Shown here: piece by piece, positions 8,413 to 18,477 of the stretch
Layout: each line of letters opens with the position of its first letter
How positions within the stretch are numbered: position 1 is the stretch's first letter
NCBI GenBank assembly: GCA_017507715.1
Contig: JAFWAK010000091.1
Span: forward strand, 1 to 55,493
Length of the DNA: 55,493 nt
Direction: 5' to 3'
Source: Paludibacteraceae bacterium
GTDB lineage: Bacteria > Bacteroidota > Bacteroidia > Bacteroidales > Paludibacteraceae
Position numbers and translations under genes: made by a program
The notes under the pieces: model-generated
What the model was told of the DNA's origin: nothing
The model's input: the letters and a program-made list of their open reading frames with translations, nothing else
Database searches by the model: none

Positions 8413-10278
8413 ATGGATTTTAGATACGATGTGATAGTAGTAGGAGCCGGTCACGCGGGATGCGAGGCTGCCAGTGCTGCTGCCCGCATGGGCAGTAAGA
8501 CGCTGCTTATCACCATGGATATGAACAAGATCGCCCAGATGAGTTGCAATCCCGCCGTAGGCGGTATTGCCAAAGGGCAGATCGTACGCGAGATAGATGC
8601 ACTCGGCGGACAGATGGGTATAGTGACAGACCGAAGTGCTATCCAGTTCCGCATGCTCAACCGCAGCAAAGGTCCGGCGATGTGGAGTCCGCGCAGTCAG
8701 AGTGACCGCAAGCGCTTCATCGAGGAATGGATTAAGGTACTCTCGCACACCGATAATCTGCATATATGGCAAGATATCGTGACGAGTCTTATTATCAAAG
8801 ATAATAAGGTATGCGGTGTCAAAACGGCGTTAGGCATCGAGATGGAAGCGCAGGCTGTAGTCCTGACCAACGGTACATTCCTGAATGGTCTCATGCATTG
8901 CGGCAAGACGCAGATACCCGGCGGGCGTACGTCTGAACCGGCTTCTTACGGTCTGACGGAACAACTGGTATCACTCGGTTTCAAGAGCGACCGCATGAAA
9001 ACCGGCACACCCGCACGTATCGATGCACGCTCCATCCATTTCGAGAAGATGGCCCGGCAGGACGGAGATAACGACTGGCATCATTTCTCGTATCTACCGA
9101 CGGTACAACGGCAACTCAAACAGATGCCATGCTGGATCACCTATACCAATCCTGATACGCATGAGGCACTACGTGCCGGACTGGCAGATTCTCCCCTTTT
9201 CAACGGACAAATAAAGAGTATCGGTCCGCGTTACTGTCCGAGTATAGAGACCAAGATCGTCACGTTTGCCGACAAGGAAGCGCACCAACTATTCTTAGAA
9301 CCGGAAGGTGTGGACAGCAATGAGTATTATGTGAACGGATTCTCGAGCAGCCTGCCATGGCAGGTACAGTTAGCCGGACTGAAGACCGTTCCGGGACTGG
9401 AAGACGTAGTGCTATACCGACCGGGTTACGCCATCGAATATGACTTCTTCGAGCCCACCCAACTCCATCACACGCTGGAGACCAAACAGATTAAAAATCT
9501 GTTTTTCGCCGGCCAGATCAATGGCACTACGGGTTATGAGGAAGCCGCAGGACAAGGACTGGTTGCCGGCGTGAATGCGCATATCAACGTGCACGGAGGA
9601 GCACCGTTTACGATGGGCAGAAACGAGAGTTATATCGGCGTGCTGATAGACGATCTGGTCAATAAGGGCGTAGATGAACCGTATCGTATGTTCACCTCCC
9701 GGGCCGAGTATCGGATCCTGCTGCGTCAGGACAATGCCGACGAGCGACTGACGAAACGCAGTTACGAGATGGGTCTGGCTGACAGAGCACGTTATGACCT
9801 GCTGTGCCAGAAACAAACAAGTTGCGCCGATTTCATCGGATATATGCAGCAAACCGTAGTGCATAAAGGCGAGGTAGACGGCTGGTTGGAATCGATTGGC
9901 AGCACGCCATTGCATGAAGGTTGCAAGATCAGCGAGTTGATACTTCGTCCACAAGTGACGATTGAGGGTCTGGCCGAAGTACTACCGGAACTGAAAGCCA
10001 AAGTGGCGGAATTATCCGATGAGACCGTAGAAAGTTGCGAGATACAGATCAAGTACGCAGGATATATCAAGCGCGAGCAACTGGAAGCCGCCAAGCTGCA
10101 ACGCCTGGACCAGATTCGTATTCCGGACGGTTTTAACTATGACGACGTACAGAGTCTAAGTACCGAAGCGCGTCAGAAACTGAGTCGTATCCGTCCGAAA
10201 ACGATAGGCGACGCACAACGCATACCGGGCGTAAGCCCTAATGACATCAGCGTATTATTGGTGCTTATGGGCCGGTAA
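8413..10278 (+). CDS. mnmG: tRNA uridine 5-carboxymethylaminomethyl modification enzyme MnmG (GidA)
   Basis: 621 aa with an FAD fold (DVIVVGAGHAGCEA). Full-length GidA-like sequence. Confidence 0.95.
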   Translation: MDFRYDVIVVGAGHAGCEAASAAARMGSKTLLITMDMNKIAQMSCNPAVGGIAKGQIVREIDALGGQMGIVTDRSAIQFRMLNRSKGPAMWSPRSQSDRKRFIEEWIKVLSHTDNLHIWQDIVTSLIIKDNKVCGVKTALGIEMEAQAVVLTNGTFLNGLMHCGKTQIPGGRTSEPASYGLTEQLVSLGFKSDRMKTGTPARIDARSIHFEKMARQDGDNDWHHFSYLPTVQRQLKQMPCWITYTNPDTHEALRAGLADSPLFNGQIKSIGPRYCPSIETKIVTFADKEAHQLFLEPEGVDSNEYYVNGFSSSLPWQVQLAGLKTVPGLEDVVLYRPGYAIEYDFFEPTQLHHTLETKQIKNLFFAGQINGTTGYEEAAGQGLVAGVNAHINVHGGAPFTMGRNESYIGVLIDDLVNKGVDEPYRMFTSRAEYRILLRQDNADERLTKRSYEMGLADRARYDLLCQKQTSCADFIGYMQQTVVHKGEVDGWLESIGSTPLHEGCKISELILRPQVTIEGLAEVLPELKAKVAELSDETVESCEIQIKYAGYIKREQLEAAKLQRLDQIRIPDGFNYDDVQSLSTEARQKLSRIRPKTIGDAQRIPGVSPNDISVLLVLMGR

Positions 10279-10353
10279 ATATATACTTTTTAGTTTGTAA
10301 GCAAACTAATATAAAATGTTTCACGTGGAACGAAGAACAAAAACAATCATACT

Positions 10354-10893
10354 ATGACAGCTCAAGAAGTAAAAGATGCTATTCGTAACGTGCCTGATTT
10401 TCCGATTCCGGGCATACAGTTCAAGGACATCACTACCGCATTACTCAAAGCAGAGTATATGATTTGGATGCGGGATGAGATTGTTAAGTTATATCGGGAC
10501 AAGGGTATTACCAAAGTGGTAGGTATCGAATCTCGCGGTTTTATCATGGCCCCTGCCGTAGCCATGGAGTTGGGTGCAGGATTTGTGCCTATCCGCAAAC
10601 ACAACAAACTACCGGCAGAAACGATCTCTGTAACTTATAAGAAGGAGTACGGAGACGATACCATTCAGATTCATAAGGATGCGCTCAACGAGAACGATGT
10701 AGTACTTATTCATGACGACATTCTGGCTACAGGCGGTTCTATGGAAGCGGCCATTGAACTGGTAAAGAAATTAGGCGTCAAGAAGGTCTATGTGAACTGT
10801 CTGATTGAGTTAGAAGGACTGAACGGCCGTAAGTATCTGGAAGGCAAGTCGGACGGTCTGGATTGTCTCTTCGGAATTGAAGTAGACGAATAA
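10354..10893 (+). CDS. apt: Adenine phosphoribosyltransferase
   Basis: PRPP motif VVLIHDDILATGGS. 179 aa. Confidence 0.9.
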   Translation: MTAQEVKDAIRNVPDFPIPGIQFKDITTALLKAEYMIWMRDEIVKLYRDKGITKVVGIESRGFIMAPAVAMELGAGFVPIRKHNKLPAETISVTYKKEYGDDTIQIHKDALNENDVVLIHDDILATGGSMEAAIELVKKLGVKKVYVNCLIELEGLNGRKYLEGKSDGLDCLFGIEVDE

Positions 10894-10919
10894 TGATTGG
10901 TTATTGATAATTGGTTAAA
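10892..10919 (-). repeat. Heptamer array (minus-strand reading: TTTAACC AATTATC AATAACC AATCATT)
   Basis: Plus strand: aatgatt ggttatt gataatt ggttaaa. It spans the apt stop and the uvrC start. Confidence 0.8.
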
Positions 10920-12731
10920 AGCAAAGATAATCATATTTCCCTATTGTTGAAGCGCATACCCGAGCAACCGGGTGTGTACCAATACTTTGACAAGGACGGG
11001 CAGATTATCTATGTCGGCAAGGCCAAGAACCTGCATCGGCGGGTTAACAGCTATTTCAACAAAGACCACCAGAGCAGCAAGACGCGGCAGTTGGTAGCTC
11101 ACATAGCGGATATCAAATATGTGGTGGTTGACAGTGAGCAGGACGCGTTTTTGCTTGAGAACAACCTCATCAAGCAATACCAGCCGCATTATAACATATT
11201 ACTGAAGGACGGCAAGTCCTACCCGAGTATCTGTATCACCAAAGAAGCCTATCCGCGAATCTTCAAGACACGCACTATCAATAAAAAGACCGGCGAGTAC
11301 TACGGACCCTACAGTTTCGGATATACAGTCGAGACGGTATTGGAATTGATACACAAACTCTACCCTATACGGACCTGCAATATACCGCTTTCTCGCGAAT
11401 CCATCGAGAAAAACAAAGTGCGGGTGTGTCTGAAATACCATCTGAAGAACTGCTGCGGAATCTGTGAAGGCAAAGGGGCTGACCAATACCCGCAATGGAT
11501 AGACCAAGCTCGAAAACTGATCAAAGGCGACGCGCATGAGATCGGAAAGCAGTTGGAGCAGGAGATGATGCAGTTGGCGGAGGAGATGAAGTATGAAGAA
11601 GCGGCAGAGATAAAACGCAAGATAGAACTGTTGGAGCAGTTCAAGAGCAAGACAATTATCTCGAATTCATCGGCAAAAGATGTGGATGTATTTGGCTATG
11701 ACGAGCAAGACGACAAGGTTTATATAGCAATGCTTCATGTACATAACGGCAGTATCGTGCAAGGCCAGACAATCGAGTACCGGCGAAAGATGGAAGAGGA
11801 GAAAGAGGAGATTCTGGCTCTCGGCATGATGGAATTACGAAGCCGATTGGAGAGCAATACCAAGGACGTAATTGTTCCGTTCATTCCGGATGTATTTGAT
11901 GATTCGCTGCATGTACATATCGCCTTGAGCGGAGACAAAAAGAAGCTGCTGGATCTGGCCATGCAGAACGTAAGGCAATACAAACTCGACCGACTCAAAC
12001 AAGAAGACAAGCTCAATCCCGAGCAACGAGGCGTACGGATACTGACAGAGATGCAGAAGATGATGGGTTTACCGACCCTGCCTCGGTGGATTGACTGCTT
12101 CGACAACTCCAATATACAAGGCACGAACGCTGTGGCAGGTTGTGTGGTTTACCGCATGGCGAAACCCAGCAAGAGTGACTATAAGCGATTTGAGATAAAG
12201 ACGGTAGAGGGTGCGGATGACTATGCCAGCATGCGCGAGGTCGTACGGAGGAGATACCGGCATCTGCTGGATGAAGGAGCAAACATGCCGGACTTGATTA
12301 TCGCTGACGGAGGTCTGGGACAGATGCATGCTATCCGTGAAGCAATTGAAGATCAGTTGGGTTTGCATATCCCTATCGCCGGACTGAAAAAAAATGACAA
12401 ACACCGGACGCAGACTTTGCTATACGGTTTTCCGCCGATCGAGATCAGCATGCCTGTAACGAGTGAAGTTTTCCGGTTGCTGACCAATATTCAGGACGAG
12501 GTACACCGTTTTGCCATCACCTATCACAAGCAGAAACGACGTAAGTCATTGATACACAGCGAGTTAGATGAAATCAAAGGCGTCGGTCCAGTGGCAAAAC
12601 AGAAGATTTTAAGTCATTTTGGCTCTGTAAAACGCGCTAGAATGGCGAGCATGGAAGAAATGGTTAATTTGCTCGGAAAGTCCTTAGGATCAATGGTTTA
12701 CGAGCAATTACAAGCAAAAATAACGCGCTGA
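10911..12731 (+). CDS. uvrC: Excinuclease ABC subunit C (UvrC); non-ATG (TTG) start
   Basis: GIY-YIG motif ([28 protein letters not shown]) and a C-terminal (HhH)2. There is no in-frame ATG upstream of the domain; TTG 10911 (or 10944/10947) is the candidate start. Confidence 0.9.
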   Translation: MVKSKDNHISLLLKRIPEQPGVYQYFDKDGQIIYVGKAKNLHRRVNSYFNKDHQSSKTRQLVAHIADIKYVVVDSEQDAFLLENNLIKQYQPHYNILLKDGKSYPSICITKEAYPRIFKTRTINKKTGEYYGPYSFGYTVETVLELIHKLYPIRTCNIPLSRESIEKNKVRVCLKYHLKNCCGICEGKGADQYPQWIDQARKLIKGDAHEIGKQLEQEMMQLAEEMKYEEAAEIKRKIELLEQFKSKTIISNSSAKDVDVFGYDEQDDKVYIAMLHVHNGSIVQGQTIEYRRKMEEEKEEILALGMMELRSRLESNTKDVIVPFIPDVFDDSLHVHIALSGDKKKLLDLAMQNVRQYKLDRLKQEDKLNPEQRGVRILTEMQKMMGLPTLPRWIDCFDNSNIQGTNAVAGCVVYRMAKPSKSDYKRFEIKTVEGADDYASMREVVRRRYRHLLDEGANMPDLIIADGGLGQMHAIREAIEDQLGLHIPIAGLKKNDKHRTQTLLYGFPPIEISMPVTSEVFRLLTNIQDEVHRFAITYHKQKRRKSLIHSELDEIKGVGPVAKQKILSHFGSVKRARMASMEEMVNLLGKSLGSMVYEQLQAKITR

Positions 12732-12753
12732 GAATCGCGTGAAAAGCAAGAAC

Positions 12754-13221
12754 ATGAGAACTTATACGATAAAAAAAGGCACTTCTGAGCAGGCTGAAGC
12801 GTTGCAACTGATCAACGAGCAAGGTGAGACGGTAAGTGCGTTGGAGATTTTGCGAGAGGCAGAACCACATCGTGTGTTTGCGTTCGACGGGAAGATGGGT
12901 GCAGGCAAGACGACATTCATCAAGAAGTTATGTGAAGAGATGGGAACGATGGATGTGGTGAATAGTCCGACTTTTGCGATTGTGAATGTGTACGACGTGG
13001 AACAACCGTATCGGGGTGAGGTGTATCATTTTGACTGCTATCGACTGAAAGACATCCGCGAGGCGATGGATTTCGGCGCAGAGGAATATCTGTATTCGGG
13101 TAACTACTGTTTCATCGAATGGCCGGAGATGATCGAAGCCCTTCTGCCGGAAGACACGGTTCACGTCTCCATTCAACCGATGGAGAATGGAGATCGGAAA
13201 TTGGTGATTGGTAATTTATAA
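12754..13221 (+). CDS. tsaE: tRNA threonylcarbamoyladenosine biosynthesis ATPase TsaE
   Basis: P-loop [12 protein letters not shown] and [11 protein letters not shown] 12754 is preferred over GTG 12739. Confidence 0.85.
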   Translation: MRTYTIKKGTSEQAEALQLINEQGETVSALEILREAEPHRVFAFDGKMGAGKTTFIKKLCEEMGTMDVVNSPTFAIVNVYDVEQPYRGEVYHFDCYRLKDIREAMDFGAEEYLYSGNYCFIEWPEMIEALLPEDTVHVSIQPMENGDRKLVIGNL

Positions 13222-13230
13222 TTGGAAATG
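13196..13230 (-). repeat. Heptamer array (plus strand: GGAAATT GGTGATT GGTAATT TATAATT GGAAATG)
   Basis: It encodes the last residues of TsaE (LVIGNL*) and the whole tsaE-lolD spacer. Confidence 0.8.
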
Positions 13231-13232
13231 GT

Positions 13233-13892
13233 ATGATAGAGGTTAAAGACATATACAAATCGTTTAACGATTTGGAGGTACTGAAGGGTGTTAACCTGGA
13301 GGTGAAGAAAGGGGAGATCGTGGCGATAGTCGGCAAGTCCGGCGCCGGAAAAACAACGCTGCTGCAGATCATCGGTACATTAGACAGGCCGACGAGCGGC
13401 AAGGTGCTGATTGACGGGACGGATGTGTTTGCCATGAAAGACCGCGAGTTAGCGGCCTTCCGGAACAAGCATATCGGGTTCATCTTCCAGTTCCATCAGT
13501 TGCTGCCTGAGTTCACGGCATTGGAGAACGTATGCATCCCAGCCATGATTGCCCGCGAGAAAGAGACGGAGTATAAGAAACGCGCAGAGCAGTTATTGCG
13601 TGAGTTGGGTCTGGGTGACCGGATGAACCATAAGCCGAACGAGTTGTCGGGTGGTGAGAAACAGCGTGTAGCGGCTGCCAGAGCCCTTATGATGCAGCCG
13701 ACAATTATCTTGGCTGACGAACCGACCGGCAGTCTGGATACTCAGAACAAGAAAGAGCTGAGCGATCTGTTGTTGAAACTGCGGAAGGAATACGGCCAGA
13801 CCATTCTGCTTGTGACGCACGACAAAGAGTTGGCGGGTATCGCCGACCGTGTGATTGAAATAAAGGACGGAGTGATTGAAAAGACAAACTAA
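13233..13892 (+). CDS. ABC transporter ATP-binding protein (LolD/MacB-type)
   Basis: Walker [10 protein letters not shown], signature [15 protein letters not shown], Walker [12 protein letters not shown]. Confidence 0.88.
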   Translation: MIEVKDIYKSFNDLEVLKGVNLEVKKGEIVAIVGKSGAGKTTLLQIIGTLDRPTSGKVLIDGTDVFAMKDRELAAFRNKHIGFIFQFHQLLPEFTALENVCIPAMIAREKETEYKKRAEQLLRELGLGDRMNHKPNELSGGEKQRVAAARALMMQPTIILADEPTGSLDTQNKKELSDLLLKLRKEYGQTILLVTHDKELAGIADRVIEIKDGVIEKTN

Positions 13893-13899
13893 TATCATT

Positions 13900-14799
13900 A
13901 TGAAAAAGATTATTTACGGACTGTTTTTAGCCATTCTTCCGCTAATGAATGCAGCGGCAGAAAACGAGGTAAAGGCCTATTTGAGCGGAGATACATTGTT
14001 CTACAACCAGGACTACCAAATCATGCCCGCTAAAAAAATTAAGAAAGCGGTCTATTATGGTGTGGTAAAGGATATTGATGATAACAATATCGCTACGATT
14101 GCTGTTTACAACAAAAAAGACCAGACATTGCTTGCGCTTCTAAAGCGAATTGCCTCGGGGAATGAATTCGGGGCAAAAAAAGGCGAACAATGCTATTATT
14201 ACCAGGATGGAACGATCAAAGAAACAGATGTTTACGCTTTATTCTATGATGAAAAAAACAGCAAAGTAACCAGCTATCTTGTATCTGAAAAACTGATGTA
14301 TCCGGACGGAAAGGTACAGGAAGAAGTAGCGATTAGTTATAAGGGCAGCAAACGGGAGGAAACATATGACCGAAAGGGTTATTTTCCCAACGGTTCTATA
14401 CAGTTCCACGAGACAAGAGATGTGAAAGATGCGTATTCGTTGACTTTTTATGATGAAACAGGAAATATAACAGAAACACCTAATAATTTCACTCCTTACA
14501 TGACTATGCCGGAGTATCCTGGCGGACAAGGGGAACTTCTGTATTTCCTTTCCCAGTCCGTGCAGTACCCTGTTGAATGTCAGAAAAGCGGCATTCAAGG
14601 CAGGGTTATTTGTCAGTTTGTGGTAGCCAAGAACGGCAAGATAGAGGACGTCAGGGTTGTTCGAAGCGGCGGTCATCCGCTTTTGGACAAAGAGGCGGTA
14701 AGGGTACTCCGCTCAATGCCGAAATGGATACCTGGAAAGAAACGCGGCGAATCTGTGCGCGTTAAATATACCGTTCCTGTTAATTTTGCATTGGAATAA
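13900..14799 (+). CDS. Secreted protein with YwqK/MORN-like repeats and a TonB C-terminal domain
   Basis: Signal peptide MKKIIYGLFLAILPLMNAAA. C-terminus PEYPGGQGELLYFL...YP...GIQGRVICQFVV..NGKI.DVRVVRS..HPLLDKEAVRVL. Start trimmed to ATG 13900. Confidence 0.8.
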   Translation: MKKIIYGLFLAILPLMNAAAENEVKAYLSGDTLFYNQDYQIMPAKKIKKAVYYGVVKDIDDNNIATIAVYNKKDQTLLALLKRIASGNEFGAKKGEQCYYYQDGTIKETDVYALFYDEKNSKVTSYLVSEKLMYPDGKVQEEVAISYKGSKREETYDRKGYFPNGSIQFHETRDVKDAYSLTFYDETGNITETPNNFTPYMTMPEYPGGQGELLYFLSQSVQYPVECQKSGIQGRVICQFVVAKNGKIEDVRVVRSGGHPLLDKEAVRVLRSMPKWIPGKKRGESVRVKYTVPVNFALE

Positions 14800-15803
14800 T
14801 GAAGAAGATTTTTTTGTTCATATCATGCGTGGTCTTTATGACCGCTTGTCAGAAAGGGAGAACCTATTTCCCGAAAGACTTAGAGCCGCAAGAGATTGAG
14901 TTCGTGCGCTTTGACAAGGCCTTGCTGAATGTACACGAGACAACCGTAGCGCAGGATGTGAAAGTGCTGTATGACGAATATCCGGCGTTCATGCCGTTGT
15001 GGGTGGAAGATGTATTGGGTATTCCGTCGGCAGATACGTTGTATCTGGAGCAGCAGTTACCGTTGTTTATGAATGACACCTTGTACGGTTTCAAGCAGAC
15101 GAATGCGAAGGAGCAAGAGGTGTTTGCGGACGTGAAGGATTTGGAGCAGGCGATTGGAAAGGCATTTGCGCGGATTCAATATCTGTATCCGGAGACGGAG
15201 ATACCTGCTTTCTATCTGTTCGTATCGGGTTTTCAAACGCCGATATACTTCAATGACGAAATCATCGGTGTCGGGGCGGACATGTATCTGGGTAGCGACT
15301 ACGAGTACTACAACCGCGTGGTGTATGAATACCAGAAACAGACAATGCGCAAGGAGTGTATTCCTGTGGATGTAGTGAGTGCCTTCCTATTCCGCACGAT
15401 TCCTTATACGAGTCAGCAAATCCGTCTGTTGGACCAGATGCTATACCGAGGCAAGATCATGTTCCTCACGGCGCAGATTTTCGATGATCTGCCGGGATAT
15501 GAAGTGATGGGTTGGACGAAAGAGCAGTGGGACTGGTGTGTTAAGAACGAGCGTGCCATTTGGCATCTGGTGATGGACAAGCGCGATTTATTCAAGACGG
15601 AGCGTCTGGTATTGACGGGTTATCTGAACGACGGACCGTTCACTTCGGAGGTATCGCAGGATTCGCCGGGACGATTAGGTATTTGGCTGGGTTGGCGTAT
15701 TGCAGAGAGTTATATGGAGCATAATGAGCATGTGACGCTGCAGGAGTTGATGGCCGAGGGTGACGCACAGAAGATATTGGAACTAAGTTTTTACAAACCG
15801 TAA
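14799..15803 (+). CDS. GldB-like lipoprotein
   Basis: Lipobox FMTAC. The RFDKAL motif and the C-terminus SPGRLGIWLGWRIAESYMEHN..VTLQEL match my memory of Flavobacterium GldB. Confidence 0.7.
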   Translation: MKKIFLFISCVVFMTACQKGRTYFPKDLEPQEIEFVRFDKALLNVHETTVAQDVKVLYDEYPAFMPLWVEDVLGIPSADTLYLEQQLPLFMNDTLYGFKQTNAKEQEVFADVKDLEQAIGKAFARIQYLYPETEIPAFYLFVSGFQTPIYFNDEIIGVGADMYLGSDYEYYNRVVYEYQKQTMRKECIPVDVVSAFLFRTIPYTSQQIRLLDQMLYRGKIMFLTAQIFDDLPGYEVMGWTKEQWDWCVKNERAIWHLVMDKRDLFKTERLVLTGYLNDGPFTSEVSQDSPGRLGIWLGWRIAESYMEHNEHVTLQELMAEGDAQKILELSFYKP

Positions 15804-15807
15804 GATT

Positions 15808-17223
15808 ATGTACACAGAAAGTGACATTCGCGAGATTGTAGCGGCACAAAGAAAGTTCTTCCGGACCGGTGAGACGCTGCCTGTGAAATGGCGTATCCAG
15901 CAGTTGAAGAAACTGAAAGAGGCCGTTATTGCGCATGAGAAGGAGTTTGTAGAGGCGTTAATGGCTGACCTTGGACGAAGTGAGTTAGAGGCATATCTAT
16001 GCGATGTAGGACCTATTATTGTGGAGATTAACGAGATGATAAGCGGTCTTCGCAAATGGGCACGTCCGGAATGTCATTGGAGCGGTCTGATGTGTTTCCC
16101 GAGTATGGTGACGAAGGTCTATAAGATGCCTTACGGCGTATCGCTGGTCATCAGTCCGTTTAACTTCCCTATACTGCTTACAATAGGCGTTGTAGCGGCG
16201 GCCATGTGCGGCGGTAATACGGTGGTCATCAAGTCCAGTTCGAAGTCTGCGGCATGCACAGAAGTGCTCAAGAAGTTCTTTGCAGAAGTCTTCCCGCCGG
16301 AATATATGACGCTGATTGATGGCGGTCATGACATAGCCGATATGTGTCTGGCACAACGATGGGATAAGATCTTCTACACCGGTTCTCCGGCTGTGGGCAA
16401 ACATGTGCTGGCTGAGGCCGCCAAGAACCTGACGCCGGTGGCATTGGAGTTAGGCGGCGAGACGGGTAACTGGTGTGTGGTACGCGCAGATGCGGATCTC
16501 AAAGATGCGGCACGCAAGATAGCGTTCTTCAAGCTCACTAATGCCGGGCAGATCTGTATCAACATCAACCAGATAGCGGTGGCAGAAGAAGTGGCTGAGG
16601 CGTTTATGAAGGAGCTGAAAGCGGCTTTCGTAGCGCAGATAGGCGAGCATGCGGAAACGAATGACGAATATCCGAAACTGATAACCGACGCAGCATACGA
16701 CAAGTGCGCCAAGCTGGCAGAGGAGTATAAGGAACGTATTGTTTTCGGCGGGACAGGTGATAAAAAATCCCGTAAGTTCGCGCCTACGATGATTTATCCG
16801 GTGGATATCAACGAAGGTATCGTGCAGCATGAGTTATTCTGTCCGTTACTGCCGATTGTGCCATTTAAGGATGCAGAGGTGGACGGATTGATGGATGTGA
16901 TTGCAGAACGTGAACATCCGCTGGCCATGTATCTGTTCACGAAGGACATGAAATGGGCGAACCGCGTGATGCAGACGCAGCAGTTCGGCGGAGGATGTAT
17001 CAACGAGGTGTGCATCCATATGATGGTGAAAGGTGTGCCGTTCAACGGTACAGGCCATTCGGGCATGGGTGCTTATCACGGCGAATGGGGATTCAGAGAG
17101 TTCACGCATCCGCAGACCGTTCTGAAAGGCAGCACATGGTTCAACCTGCCGCTTCGCGAACACCCGTACAGCGGCGAAGCCGGCAAGAAGAAAATGAAAC
17201 TTCTGAAGCTTTTTGAGAGATAA
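15808..17223 (+). CDS. NAD(P)-dependent aldehyde dehydrogenase (ALDH3-like)
   Basis: 471 aa with ELGGE (catalytic Glu region) and NAGQICI (catalytic Cys). Confidence 0.88.
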   Translation: MYTESDIREIVAAQRKFFRTGETLPVKWRIQQLKKLKEAVIAHEKEFVEALMADLGRSELEAYLCDVGPIIVEINEMISGLRKWARPECHWSGLMCFPSMVTKVYKMPYGVSLVISPFNFPILLTIGVVAAAMCGGNTVVIKSSSKSAACTEVLKKFFAEVFPPEYMTLIDGGHDIADMCLAQRWDKIFYTGSPAVGKHVLAEAAKNLTPVALELGGETGNWCVVRADADLKDAARKIAFFKLTNAGQICININQIAVAEEVAEAFMKELKAAFVAQIGEHAETNDEYPKLITDAAYDKCAKLAEEYKERIVFGGTGDKKSRKFAPTMIYPVDINEGIVQHELFCPLLPIVPFKDAEVDGLMDVIAEREHPLAMYLFTKDMKWANRVMQTQQFGGGCINEVCIHMMVKGVPFNGTGHSGMGAYHGEWGFREFTHPQTVLKGSTWFNLPLREHPYSGEAGKKKMKLLKLFER

Positions 17224-17231
17224 GAGAGCAT

Positions 17232-18476
17232 ATGAATAGAAACGATTTTCCGATATTAAAGGAGCAAGTACACGGAAGAGATCTGGTGTACCTCGATAAT
17301 GCGGCTACGAGTCAGAAGCCTCAGCCTGTATTAGACGCCATCACAGAAGCGTACAGCACATGGAATAGTAATATCCACCGCGGTGTGCATCATCTGAGTC
17401 AGGTGGCGACGATGAAGCATGAGGAGGCACGTAAGAGAGTGGCAGCGTTTATCGGGGCCAAGAGCAGCGATGAGATTGTGTTTACCAAGGGAACGACGGA
17501 TGCTATCAACGCATTGGCATTCTGCCTTGGTGAATTAAAAATTAAAAATGAAAAATTAAAAATTGAGCCGTACATACAAGAGGGCGACGAGATTATCGTG
17601 AGCGGTTTGGAGCACCATTCGAATATCGTACCGTGGCAAATGCTTTGTGCGCGCAAGAAAGCCGTGCTGCGGCATATTCCCTTACACGAAGACTTATCGC
17701 TTGATATAGAGGCTTTTAAGGGCCTTCTGAACGACAAGACGAAGTTAGTTAGCGTAGCACAGGTAAGTAATGTGTTAGGAACGATTCAGCCGGTGGAGGA
17801 AATCATCCGTTTGGCGCATACCCAGGGTGTGCCGGTTTGTATCGATGGCGCACAGAGTGTGCCGCATATGCAAGTGGACGTACAGGCTTTGGACTGCGAC
17901 TTCCTGACATTCTCGGGTCATAAGTTATACGGTCCGACAGGAATCGGTGTGCTGTACGGCAAGCGGGAATGGTTAGAGAAACTGCCGCCACACGAGGGTG
18001 GAGGAGAGATGATCAACCATGTGCGCTGGAGTGGGACGACCTATAATGAGTTACCTTACAAGTTTGAAGCAGGTACTCCGAATTTCGTAGGCAGTTGGGC
18101 TTTGAAGACTGCCATTGATTATATCGAAGCGATAGGCTGGAAGGCTATTGAAGCCCATGAACAGGAGTTGACAGAGTATTGCGAGGAGCAGTTAGTTGAT
18201 TTGGGGTGTAAGGTGTACGGTGTACGGTGTAAAAAGGCCGGAGTGATCAGTTTTAATGTATATAACGGCGAAGAGTTGATTCATCCGTTTGATATAGGTA
18301 CTTTACTGGACCAGCAGGGTGTGGCGGTTCGAACCGGTCATCATTGTGCGGAGCCGCTGATAGATGAGATAGGTGTTCCGGGAACAGTACGTGTATCGTT
18401 CGGTCTGTACAACGACAAGGCGGATGTAGATGCATTTATTGCCGCTCTCAAGAAAGCCATCATGATGTTAAGTTAA
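17232..18476 (+). CDS. sufS: Cysteine desulfurase SufS (class V aminotransferase, group II)
   Basis: HHSNIVPWQ, the PLP Lys in FSGHKLYGPTGIGVLYG, and the active-site RTGHHCAEP. Confidence 0.93.
   Translation: MNRNDFPILKEQVHGRDLVYLDNAATSQKPQPVLDAITEAYSTWNSNIHRGVHHLSQVATMKHEEARKRVAAFIGAKSSDEIVFTKGTTDAINALAFCLGELKIKNEKLKIEPYIQEGDEIIVSGLEHHSNIVPWQMLCARKKAVLRHIPLHEDLSLDIEAFKGLLNDKTKLVSVAQVSNVLGTIQPVEEIIRLAHTQGVPVCIDGAQSVPHMQVDVQALDCDFLTFSGHKLYGPTGIGVLYGKREWLEKLPPHEGGGEMINHVRWSGTTYNELPYKFEAGTPNFVGSWALKTAIDYIEAIGWKAIEAHEQELTEYCEEQLVDLGCKVYGVRCKKAGVISFNVYNGEELIHPFDIGTLLDQQGVAVRTGHHCAEPLIDEIGVPGTVRVSFGLYNDKADVDAFIAALKKAIMMLS
17533..17567 (+). repeat. Heptamer array AATTAAA AATTAAA AATGAAA AATTAAA AATTGAG inside sufS
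   Basis: Read directly. It is translated as ELKIKNEKLKIE. Confidence 0.9.
18205..18232 (+). repeat. Heptamer array GGTGTAA GGTGTAC GGTGTAC GGTGTAA inside sufS
   Basis: Read directly. It is translated as GCKVYGVRCK. Confidence 0.9.
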
Positions 18477-18477
18477 T

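Noticed and set aside
10291-10308. Hairpin TAGTTTG-taag-CAAACTA after mnmG as a terminator.
   Set aside because: The stem is AT-rich, short and has no following T-tract. I could not support it as a terminator.
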